Source of the DNA: an uncultured archaeon
GTDB taxonomy: Archaea; Iainarchaeota; Iainarchaeia; Iainarchaeales; CSSED10-239
Length of the DNA: 21,949 bases
NCBI GenBank assembly: GCA_964463155.1
Contig: CAYXAY010000010.1
Location: 1-21,949 of the forward strand
Direction: 5' to 3'
The notes below the pieces were generated by a model that had not been told where the DNA came from, made no database searches, and saw nothing but the letters and a program-made list of their open reading frames with translations. Shown piece after piece: positions 15,001-21,539 of the stretch. A program made the position numbers and the translations under genes. Position 1 is the first letter of the stretch, and each line of letters starts with the position of its first letter.

Positions 15001-17347
15001 TATTAGATTCTAAATAGCTTAAATATAGAGGTGTACTTGGTTCTTCTAATTTAATTATTGCATTTCGCCAATTTATATTTATTTCTTCAATGTTTACAAC
15101 TACGGTTTTTGGGCTAATAATGTCTTCTGTATTTGTAAGGGTCAATTCCCAATAATTTCTTAAAAACCTATTGTATTGATTTTTTAATATGTGTTTGGTT
15201 TCTCCGGTTATATCTAAAAATGGTTTAAGATTATATATAAAATAATTTAAAGATTCTGAAAAATAAATATTGGAATAACCTCGTGTCTTGTTTTCTAAAC
15301 TAAATAACAATTTAGAATAAATGTCGTTAGTTGATCTTGGAATTTTAAAATAATTAATTGAAGAAATATATTTCTCTACAGTTATTTGATAGTGTGTGTG
15401 ATAATCTGTATATTTATAATACTCTGTAGGATTAACTAATATTTCTTGCATTATTCTTTGAAATTCTTGTTCGCTTACTTCTGGTTCATTATTTACTAAA
15501 TCAAGTATTGTTAGTTTTTGATATTCTCTTGGAATTTGATTTAAAACAGCTATTGAATGATTAAAAGAATCATCAATTGAGGCATTTGACGAATTTGCAG
15601 TATATTCATTCAAATCGTGCTCTATATACGTACCAACTTTAGAGATTAAATTATTTCTTGCTTTTTTGTATTTTATATCTCCAAGTTGAATAACATTATT
15701 ACTATTAATATTATCTAACTTTTTAGAAATTGCAATCCTAAACTGATCTTGATCTATATAATATTCCCCATAATCAAATAAATCAGAAGTTATTTTTAGA
15801 TCATCCCATTCAAAATACATTCTATCTAATCCAAATATTTGCAAAGCTTCATTTGTAAATCCAGATATTCGCGAGCCATCTGGTAAAAGACAAACATTTT
15901 CTTTTGCTTTTAAATGTTCTGTAATTGACTTTTTATCTTTTTCAAAAATGGATTTACCACAAGCTGAAAAACTATTTTCATTAAGTCCATAATCTTTTAA
16001 TCGACAATAAGGACAATAGAATTCTATAATGTTTTTATTAATTTGAAATAAAGCATATTTATTAAAATTATTATAATCCATTTGCAAAAGATTTGTACTG
16101 TAAATTCCAGTTACTTTCTGATGTACATCTAATTCAATTATTTGTATAGAAATATTCTCTATGTTTGGTTTAATGTTTAATATTAACTTGTTATTTGTTA
16201 ATGATGGTCGATTAAATTTAAGATATCTGGGGCTACTATTTAATAATTCAATTGTTGGATTATTACTTAAAACAAACAGATTCATATTTGGTAAAATAGG
16301 AGATTGAGCACGATCTATAGCAACATATATTTCTTTGGTTGTGCTTGAAAGGATCAGATTTAAATCAACTAATTTGTCTTGTCTGATTTCTTCTAAAGAA
16401 TTGTTTATAACATGTGTTCTCCCTTGATTATACACATAAATTCTTTTTCTAATATTTCTATTGTGAGCCAAAGAATAACTAGAAATATTTAAATATTTAT
16501 AATTTATTTGAGAATTTAATACAAACGAATTATTTAACTCATTTTCTGAGAAATTAGAGAAAATATTAGAAAATTCGTCTGTCTCTATAGATTCTGGTAT
16601 TTGTTGATTTTCTAGATTAATGTCTAAATCTCCTTCATTACTTGTATTTGGAAGAGGAAATATTATATCTGATTGTAAATCCGTTACCTCTAATCTAAAT
16701 TCAAAGATAGATTTTGTAGTTTCTAAATTTTCAGAATCAAACATAAATTGTTTTTTTAAATATCTATTTCCAAATATGTCTTTAGTGTATTTTTCTTGAT
16801 TACTAGAGAAATTGCTCTTGTCAACTAAAGATGCTTTATTTTCTCTATTAAATATTGTTTTACCAAGATCATACCTTGCAATAAATATTGTAATATTTAC
16901 ATCAGATGCAATATTTGAAATTGCACTAAATCCTTCCTGTTGAGAACAAACTGAACAATTTAAATCTAATATAATATAAGATTCATTATCTTCTGTTAAA
17001 TTAAAATAAAAAACACCATAATTATTTGAATATTTTTGATCTATCTGGAAAGAATTAAAAAATTGGCTTCTTGAAGAAGAGAGATTTTGTTTAATTAAAT
17101 CTAGATCATACATTATTTTGCTTGCATCTTGTATTGTTCTGTTTTCTGAAATGTCGTTGTTAATTGCATAAAATACAACAATTTCTTTATTTAATAGAGA
17201 CGGTCCAGTATCGGCGAATCTCACTTCTAAATATCTGTTCTCAATAACACCAGTGTCTGTTATTATTAATCCCTTTTCTAAAGCTAACAATGATGGCAAA
17301 GAAAATATCATAAATGTAATAAAAAAGATTATTTGTTTTTGATTCAT
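12089..17347 (-). CDS. Large (1752 aa) secreted multidomain peptidoglycan-active protein: orphan N-terminal region, then NlpC/P60-like, YkuD L,D-transpeptidase and GH73 glucosaminidase-like modules.
   Basis: ATG at 17347. Signal peptide MNQKQIIFFITFMIFSLPSLLA. Catalytic-motif matches are listed in the sub-features. The stop at 12089..12091 overlaps the convergent glycosylase gene by 8 nt. Confidence 0.9.
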   Translation of the reverse strand: MNQKQIIFFITFMIFSLPSLLALEKGLIITDTGVIENRYLEVRFADTGPSLLNKEIVVFYAINNDISENRTIQDASKIMYDLDLIKQNLSSSRSQFFNSFQIDQKYSNNYGVFYFNLTEDNESYIILDLNCSVCSQQEGFSAISNIASDVNITIFIARYDLGKTIFNRENKASLVDKSNFSSNQEKYTKDIFGNRYLKKQFMFDSENLETTKSIFEFRLEVTDLQSDIIFPLPNTSNEGDLDINLENQQIPESIETDEFSNIFSNFSENELNNSFVLNSQINYKYLNISSYSLAHNRNIRKRIYVYNQGRTHVINNSLEEIRQDKLVDLNLILSSTTKEIYVAIDRAQSPILPNMNLFVLSNNPTIELLNSSPRYLKFNRPSLTNNKLILNIKPNIENISIQIIELDVHQKVTGIYSTNLLQMDYNNFNKYALFQINKNIIEFYCPYCRLKDYGLNENSFSACGKSIFEKDKKSITEHLKAKENVCLLPDGSRISGFTNEALQIFGLDRMYFEWDDLKITSDLFDYGEYYIDQDQFRIAISKKLDNINSNNVIQLGDIKYKKARNNLISKVGTYIEHDLNEYTANSSNASIDDSFNHSIAVLNQIPREYQKLTILDLVNNEPEVSEQEFQRIMQEILVNPTEYYKYTDYHTHYQITVEKYISSINYFKIPRSTNDIYSKLLFSLENKTRGYSNIYFSESLNYFIYNLKPFLDITGETKHILKNQYNRFLRNYWELTLTNTEDIISPKTVVVNIEEININWRNAIIKLEEPSTPLYLSYLESNRYYSYNPLFYKSINPISYNFNSDFLSQTDSIKSKNINQIDTTNDLQNGKLFVLNSNISINYTSPVIITKEQDTEITIKNYNGKEYVPIDLQNISVIYIEDQTRDTLIIYPPKPIFRDYPLIIESTNLLLFNLEHLNYSVVDNLYLYKIIVPEINFNLSELINGISNREFCFLVSQDSFSVWKNIAVELDSIKSIAYNEFNKVINESNSLSNQLTQNTGSQVNTSLAIYTENGNELYEKMNLVNTQLQNQIEIRNLDVFRNYGLAYKELLKAEPNLNKEFIDLFNCNESLICQVSKTAQTPNGGFYSRFNTTCVPNTPTNCVSYWSNPRVNSCSAFIKNFNNYFFGYRFDSANAWDLAMQPNNKSIWKTTVGTLNKSYYDSLVPGSILGIKHNNTSYWNKEYSHVVVYLGKIGSNHYIIHSWGSTLKIEKLDVFLKTTARGKNACGYYEDGQIKEVIISNNLYQKLRAKARERSIYFGSMEVNNTILPDYILDYYNSFELASSTQRTVLNDNMYGELNEVYDRILQKEFNIYYKTNYTNSMSEINERIRLVSQDPMIIILGKYKRIFLVKKLNNQTQIISEYPISTGVNGFGCETGSLKTPLGLFRVIQKSGQNAVPLQVIGANGPETNNGFPVFASLNSGTAKIVTRKLVLDGLEKENLGVGCDSGNRNTIYRGTYIHGTNYENSMGQQKSHGCIRMLNNDIINLFNNVQNGTYVYIYNSKTSYSQLLDLQEKNTEQFVLGKLPNVMTLKTKRSQNNQQRSPQQKAPLQVIASLKTGTDNCYTTNAESLRKLSSGNLNLATARNIRRNLDSVIVLSTPSLSYQDIIKISQPIPNRYRAHEKFTTAIPTLYNLCAIYGVDPIFVLAKFKNEKSMYNVLSGNYKNGALVLNNNPTGIKSYAGCACGGYKVRNSDFCTYPTLHAGFEATLVNLVRTKHYKGLTVREVARTWAEDPNYHTKLLDNFNEFYNKVR
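12095..12460 (-). other. GH73 (mannosyl-glycoprotein endo-beta-N-acetylglucosaminidase-like) domain.
   Basis: YGVDPIFVLAKFKNEKSMY (candidate catalytic Glu codon 12392..12394), NNPTGIK, FCTYPTLHAGFEATLVNLV and WAEDPNYHTKLLDNF. These follow the family pattern AQ-ES-G, N-N-l-F-G-i-K, F-r-.-Y-.-s-.-.-.-S-.-.-D-y, Y-A-t-D-p-.-Y. Confidence 0.7.
12845..13345 (-). other. YkuD-type L,D-transpeptidase catalytic domain.
   Basis: YPISTGVNGFGCETGSLKTPLGLFRV ... YIHGTNYENSMGQQKSHGCIRMLNNDIINLFN. The hallmark is H-G-x(n)-S-H-G-C-I-R-M, with the Cys codon at 12920..12922. Confidence 0.85.
13700..14060 (-). other. NlpC/P60-like (papain-fold cysteine peptidase) module.
   Basis: Candidate nucleophile in NSCSAFIKNF (Cys codon 14006..14008). 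PGSILGIK...YSHVVVYLGKIGSNHYIIHSWG supplies His codons 13793..13795 and 13745..13747. This follows the C...pGd-l......H-V-.-i-Y-l-G.....i-H order of NlpC/P60 enzymes. Confidence 0.6.
17282..17347 (-). other. Signal peptide of the 1752-aa protein.
   Basis: MNQKQ n-region, hydrophobic core IIFFITFMIFSLPSLL, and A-L-E at the boundary. Confidence 0.7.
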
Positions 17348-17439
17348 AATTGTTCACTAGTTTAGATAATATAACACATTATATCAAAAGATATAAAAAT
17401 CTGTGCCATAGTAATCAAAAATTGTAGAAGAAACAAGCA

Positions 17440-17475
17440 TTTCCGGTTATTTCCAGTAAGTTTCGGTAAGTTTCG
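17440..17475 (+). promoter_or_regulatory. Helically phased array of four TTTC(C/G) motifs upstream of a TATA-like box. Copy 2 (18873..18898) has three.
   Basis: TTTCC at 17440 and 17450, TTTCG at 17461 and 17471, giving spacings of 10, 11 and 10 nt. The last motif lies 14 nt before TTTAAATA in both copies. Confidence 0.4.
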
Positions 17476-17484
17476 CTAAAAGTA

Positions 17485-17492
17485 TTTAAATA
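17485..17492 (+). promoter_or_regulatory. TATA-box-like TTTAAATA with a purine-rich (BRE-like) AAAAG upstream. The equivalent in copy 2 is at 18908..18915.
   Basis: Identical in both leader copies. It lies 96 nt upstream of the start codon, implying a leader of roughly 70 nt if it is used as an archaeal promoter. Confidence 0.35.
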
Positions 17493-17522
17493 GAAAGAAT
17501 TATAAGTTTTGTATAAGTAAAC

Positions 17523-17547
17523 GATTTAATGAAAATGTCATTAAATC
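17523..17547 (+). promoter_or_regulatory. Perfect 10-bp-stem, 5-nt-loop inverted repeat GATTTAATGA-AAATG-TCATTAAATC in the leader. Copy 2 is at 18946..18970.
   Basis: The arms are exact reverse complements and identical in both copies. The repeat is located between the TATA-like box and the SD. Confidence 0.5.
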
Positions 17548-17587
17548 CCCTTTAGGAATAAAACTAAAAATTTAAGGAGGAAAAAGA

Positions 17588-18859
17588 ATGAACGAAAAAA
17601 AAATAATTAACTATATAGTTACAATATTTGCATTGACAATCTTTGCACTAGCGATTGCACCAAACATTTTTGCAGAACACTACTCTATTGACGAAGGCGG
17701 TTTAAAAAAAATTACTCTTGGTAGATCAAATGCTTCCATTACAATTTCTGGGATCTATAAAGAATTAATTGATTTAAGCAATAATGAAATACTTAGCAAA
17801 ACTCCAATTACTGCGACTTATGAAAATCCAATTTATTTAAATCCAAATAAAGAATATAAAATAAATGTTTATTTCACATCATCTGCTGATATTTCAAAAG
17901 ATGTAACAATCGGGTCATATCTTGGCATACTTGCAAGAAATAAAGATGGATATTTAGATCCTTCCACTTATGAAGATAGAAAAGAAACTCTAACAAATAT
18001 AAAAATTAGTAAAATTAATTTTTACGGTACAGAAAAATATAAATATGTTTATTCATATATAATTGATAAAACAATATTTGATAAAATAGGAACAATATCA
18101 AATAGCTATTCTTCAAAACCAGATGGCCACGATATTTCTTTAACACAATGGTTAAGATTTGATAGACATAATCAAACACAAAATGACACGGTTGGTTTTA
18201 ATTCAAATTCTATACCAATAATTATAACAACAGAAACACCGACAAACAATAATGCAATAGCATATAGACTAAATATACCTTGTGCAATAGACAGAACACA
18301 AATTGTTGTGCCTGTACATTTTGATCAAGATTATTCTGGACAATATAAATCCAGATGTAATTCTGGTGCTTATTTTAATTCTGAAACTAATACCTATCAT
18401 TTAAAGAAAAATGAAGGATATTATTTAGATTTAGAGTTGTTGCCTACAACGAATACAAAAACAGTTAATCTTTCAGAAATAGAATTAGTAGTTCTTGAGA
18501 TTTTTACAGACGGTCAAGAACAAGCCTGTTTCACAAGAAAATTAACTAAAAGCTCAACAGATTCTTTATTTCATGGGAAAATCGGTTATATAAAAGGCAA
18601 TGATTCAGAAGAATATACACCCGAAAATATGACTGGATTTATTAATTCTTGTGGAGTAGATAAATTACTTAAATTTAAAACCACAATCAAATTAAATGAT
18701 GGAACAGAAATTCAGGGAAATAATATTGGAGATATACAGCACTTGAAAATTGATTCAGATAATTTCAATATGGTTGCAGAAAATGCCAGAGCAAAAAATC
18801 AAATACAAGCAAACTCTAATGCACAAAATTCTAAACCAAATAAAAATCAAAAATTGTAG
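17588..18859 (+). CDS. Secreted protein of unknown function (423 aa) with a C-terminal four-Cys domain shared with 19011..20591.
   Basis: AAGGAGG at 17574..17580, 7 nt before the ATG. Signal peptide MNEKKIINYIVTIFALTIFALAIAPNIFA. Asn/Lys-rich low-complexity tail. Confidence 0.85.
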   Translation: MNEKKIINYIVTIFALTIFALAIAPNIFAEHYSIDEGGLKKITLGRSNASITISGIYKELIDLSNNEILSKTPITATYENPIYLNPNKEYKINVYFTSSADISKDVTIGSYLGILARNKDGYLDPSTYEDRKETLTNIKISKINFYGTEKYKYVYSYIIDKTIFDKIGTISNSYSSKPDGHDISLTQWLRFDRHNQTQNDTVGFNSNSIPIIITTETPTNNNAIAYRLNIPCAIDRTQIVVPVHFDQDYSGQYKSRCNSGAYFNSETNTYHLKKNEGYYLDLELLPTTNTKTVNLSEIELVVLEIFTDGQEQACFTRKLTKSSTDSLFHGKIGYIKGNDSEEYTPENMTGFINSCGVDKLLKFKTTIKLNDGTEIQGNNIGDIQHLKIDSDNFNMVAENARAKNQIQANSNAQNSKPNKNQKL

Positions 18860-19022
18860 AAGAAACAAGCATTTTCCTGTTATTTCCAGTAAGTTTCGCG
18901 AAAAGTATTTAAATAGAAAGAATTATAAGGTTTGTATAAGTAAACGATTTAATGAAAATGTCATTAAATCCCCTTTAGGAATAAAACTAAAAATTTAAGG
19001 AGAAAAGAAAATGAATGAAAAA
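18845..19022 (+). repeat. Leader repeat copy 2.
   Basis: See copy 1. It overlaps the last 15 nt of CDS 17588..18859 and runs through ATGAATGAAAAA of CDS 19011..20591. Confidence 0.9.
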
Positions 19023-20591
19023 TTAACAAAATCAATTAACATTGGTGTTATTGCTATTGTTCTTGTATTTTTAGCATTAATAGTGACACCAAAGATTTCT
19101 GCAACCGAAACAGGAAATGTACCGGCAAATAATGCGGAACAAATAACTAGTGTTTTTCCAACAACCGGTGTTTGGGTTGTTGTTACTGAATCTGGAAAAC
19201 CATTAAATAACAGAAGTGTAAAGTTCATTGAACCAAACAACGGTGAACCAGAATATGTGCCTAGAGAATACAAAACCAATGAATTGGGAGTAATATATTT
19301 GAGATTAGGCACTAATCTGGAATTCAAAATAGCAGACACAAAAACAGGCATTGCTAAAATTATTAACACTGGTTTTGTAGGACCAATACTAATAAATTTA
19401 GATGTAACTAACTACGGAACTCAAAATAACGACTATCCGGAAGGAATTTTTGATTTAAAAGTAAGTGTAAAAGATAAGCACACTAATAAACCAATATCAT
19501 CTGCAAGAGTGTCAATACAAAGTGAAGATTACACTTCAACTCAAAGAACATTTTTTACAAACGATGAGGGCGTTACAATTATTGAATATTTACCAACCGG
19601 TATATATTCTTTCAGAATTTCAGCAACTAATTATGTTGAACAAAATGTAAAAAATTATTTCTTTGGTTCAACCAGCAATTTAAATATTGACTTGCGTACT
19701 GCAAATTTTGAGCAAAACCCATTAGATGGTCGCACTAATCATTTAATCTCTTTTGAAAAATGTGCAGTAGACAAATTAAAAACAATTATTTCAAAAGAAG
19801 CAGTCACATCAAGAAGTGAAGTTAAACACTACAATGTTTGCGAAGCTAAAGGATTTATTGACTACCACAAAAAAATATATTATATGTCTAAAGATGAAAG
19901 CTATATTTCTAGGGTTACTTTAAACAATTTAGATTTAACTAAATATACACAAAAACAAACACCAAAAGCAAAATTAATATTTTCAACAGACTCTGGAAAT
20001 AAATGTTATGAAAAAGAATTAATGTTATTAAAATCTGTGCCAGAGCAAGGGGCTTATAAATTTATAACAACATTAATTAAAGAAGATCTTCTTGAAACAC
20101 AAAAATCAGACATTGGTTATCTTAGTGCAAATTGTGGAATAGGAAAGATAATTAAACTATCTGTTGAAATATATGATGTAGACAATAACCCTATCTTTTC
20201 TATAGAGGATGTTTCTTCAATAACAAGAATAATGATTTTCTCAAATAAAGAAGAAGATATGGCTATAGCAAATCAAGAAAATAACCAGAGAGTGACTAGC
20301 GATATAATTCAAAGAGAAAGAACTGAAATTTCAAATATTAAAGAACATCAAATTTCTAGAGAATCTGAAATCTTTGTAAATATTGGTAATGAAAAAAGAA
20401 AAGTCGTTTCAATAGAAAATATTTTAGAAGAAAGAAATATCAATCCAAACAAAATCATCAGTGACATAAAACTAGAAGAGACAGAATATGTTTTTGATGT
20501 TAAAGAAAAAAAGAGACTTTTGGGGTTCATTCCTTTTGGAGAAAAGATAGTTGAAAAAAGAATATCTGCCATAAGAGAAATTAGAGAGTAA
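19011..20591 (+). CDS. Secreted protein (526 aa): carboxypeptidase-regulatory-like beta-sandwiches, the shared four-Cys domain and a charged C-terminal extension.
   Basis: GGAG at 18999..19002. Signal peptide MNEKLTKSINIGVIAIVLVFLALIVTPKISA. DLKVSVKDKHTNKPISSARVSIQSEDYTSTQRTFFTNDEGVTIIEYLPTGIYSFRISATNYVEQ (about 19441..19680) fits the CarboxypepD_reg-like pattern. Confidence 0.85.
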   Translation: MNEKLTKSINIGVIAIVLVFLALIVTPKISATETGNVPANNAEQITSVFPTTGVWVVVTESGKPLNNRSVKFIEPNNGEPEYVPREYKTNELGVIYLRLGTNLEFKIADTKTGIAKIINTGFVGPILINLDVTNYGTQNNDYPEGIFDLKVSVKDKHTNKPISSARVSIQSEDYTSTQRTFFTNDEGVTIIEYLPTGIYSFRISATNYVEQNVKNYFFGSTSNLNIDLRTANFEQNPLDGRTNHLISFEKCAVDKLKTIISKEAVTSRSEVKHYNVCEAKGFIDYHKKIYYMSKDESYISRVTLNNLDLTKYTQKQTPKAKLIFSTDSGNKCYEKELMLLKSVPEQGAYKFITTLIKEDLLETQKSDIGYLSANCGIGKIIKLSVEIYDVDNNPIFSIEDVSSITRIMIFSNKEEDMAIANQENNQRVTSDIIQRERTEISNIKEHQISRESEIFVNIGNEKRKVVSIENILEERNINPNKIISDIKLEETEYVFDVKEKKRLLGFIPFGEKIVEKRISAIREIRE

Positions 20592-20626
20592 TTTCTCTTC
20601 TTTCTTTATTTTTTTAAAAAAAGTAA
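20592..20626 (+). terminator. T-rich tract after the 526-aa gene; possible oligo-T terminator.
   Basis: TAATTTCTCTTCTTTCTTTATTTTTTT directly follows the stop codon. There is no strong GC hairpin. Confidence 0.3.
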
Positions 20627-20627
20627 C

Positions 20628-20635
20628 TTTAAATA
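20628..20635 (+). promoter_or_regulatory. TATA-box-like TTTAAATA preceded by an A-rich BRE-like tract, upstream of the wHTH gene.
   Basis: AAAAAAAGTAACTTTAAATATATAA. The box centre lies about 36 nt before the ATG at 20667, and no SD lies between, consistent with a short leader. Confidence 0.35.
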
Positions 20636-20666
20636 TATAATTATAATATAACATTATTGAACAATT

Positions 20667-21539
20667 ATGATTAAGAAACAAATATTGATACTCTTTGTTT
20701 TTCTAGCAATCATTAATTATAATTATGCCCACAGTGTTGTTTCTCAAGACACAGAAATATTTGCAGATAAGTTTGATAGTTATAAGGTTTCCGAAAAATT
20801 AACAATTACAGATATTAATTCTCAAAAATTAGAATTTCCTATTGTTCCAAGTTATGACCTTGTTGTTAAGGTTAACAATCAGAGATATTCAAATATAACC
20901 TACACTAGTGATTTATTAATTATTAATTTAAATAATATTCCAGAAACACTTAATCTGGAAATAATTTATCTTACGGATTATTATACAAACAAAAATAACG
21001 GGATTTGGAACATCAAATATAAATCCAGACATTCAGAAAGTCTAAATACTTTAAAAATAACTCTACCAAGAAATGCAGAAATAACAGAAACACTAATCTC
21101 TTCTCCTGTTCAAGTAATCAATGAACAAATTGTTATTTCTTTTAAAGATATCACAGAAATAAATATTAATTATTATTTAAGAAATGTTGAATATAAGAAC
21201 AATTATTATTATTATTTATTAATAATTCCATTTGTTTTTGTTGGTGGGTATCTATTAATTAAAAATAAACCGAAAATTAAAAAAGAAATAAAAACTATAG
21301 AAAAGGATTTACTTTTTGGATTAAATGAGAATGAACAAAAGATTATGAATATAATTATTGAAAATGAAGGACAATCTCAAAAAATGATAACTGCCAAAAG
21401 TTTCTTACCTAAAGGAACAGTTTCAAGAAATATACAAAAACTTGTAGATAAAGGATATATCCATATAAAAAAATATGGAGTAAGCAATAAACTTTTCCTT
21501 GGAGAAGTATTTAAAAAAGGTGAAAAAAATGCTAAATAA
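20667..21539 (+). CDS. Membrane-tethered winged-helix (MarR/TrmB-like) transcriptional regulator with an extracytoplasmic N-terminal domain.
   Basis: N-terminal signal or anchor MIKKQILILFVFLAIINYNYA. About 160-aa outside domain. TM YYYYLLIIPFVFVGGYLLI (about 21200..21260). Then KIKKEIK and LNENEQKIMNIIIENEGQSQKMITAKSFLPKGTVSRNIQKLVDKGYIHIKKYG (about 21310..21480), a typical wHTH. Confidence 0.75.
   Translation: MIKKQILILFVFLAIINYNYAHSVVSQDTEIFADKFDSYKVSEKLTITDINSQKLEFPIVPSYDLVVKVNNQRYSNITYTSDLLIINLNNIPETLNLEIIYLTDYYTNKNNGIWNIKYKSRHSESLNTLKITLPRNAEITETLISSPVQVINEQIVISFKDITEININYYLRNVEYKNNYYYYLLIIPFVFVGGYLLIKNKPKIKKEIKTIEKDLLFGLNENEQKIMNIIIENEGQSQKMITAKSFLPKGTVSRNIQKLVDKGYIHIKKYGVSNKLFLGEVFKKGEKNAK

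Larger units (their letters stand above)
17413..17599 (+). repeat. Leader repeat copy 1: conserved upstream region, SD and first four codons of the secreted paralog.
   Basis: Aligns almost base-for-base with 18845..19022. Differences are one extra GTAAGTTTCG unit, a few substitutions and 1-nt indels. It starts with AATCAAAAATTGTAG, which in copy 2 is the last codons plus stop of the upstream gene. Confidence 0.9.

Noticed and set aside
17348-17412. Short inverted repeat ATATC-TTTT-GATAT and TATA-like TTTTTATAT upstream of the 1752-aa gene (minus strand)
   Set aside because: A 5-bp A/T-rich stem is expected by chance in this composition. It is plausible promoter sequence but not specific enough to call.
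18750-18998. 82-aa plus-strand ORF spanning the end of the 423-aa gene and leader copy 2
   Set aside because: It overlaps a better-supported CDS in another frame. It runs through the conserved leader, and the track lists no matching ORF across leader copy 1. Its Lys/Ile/Asn-rich product looks like AT-rich noise.
17413-19022. Direct repeats as possible termini of a mobile element or MITE
   Set aside because: The repeats are direct, not inverted. Each ends in an SD plus the start codon of a paralogous gene. No transposase, integrase or target-site duplication is visible. Tandem duplication of a gene-plus-leader unit explains them better.
18995-19369. 124-aa minus-strand ORF
   Set aside because: It is antisense to the 5' part of the 526-aa gene, which has an SD, a signal peptide and paralog support. 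The antisense product has no recognisable features.
20348-20681. Minus-strand ORFs 20348..20572 and 20472..20681
   Set aside because: They are antisense to the Lys/Glu-rich tail of the 526-aa gene and to the intergenic promoter region. Their composition is low-complexity Phe/Leu/Ser, as expected from the complement of AAA/GAA codons.
21499-21528. TTG start at 21499 for the DUF333-Kazal gene
   Set aside because: The ATG at 21529 has an AGGTGA SD at proper spacing and begins directly with a K/R n-region plus hydrophobic helix. The TTG extension would overlap the preceding gene by 41 nt.
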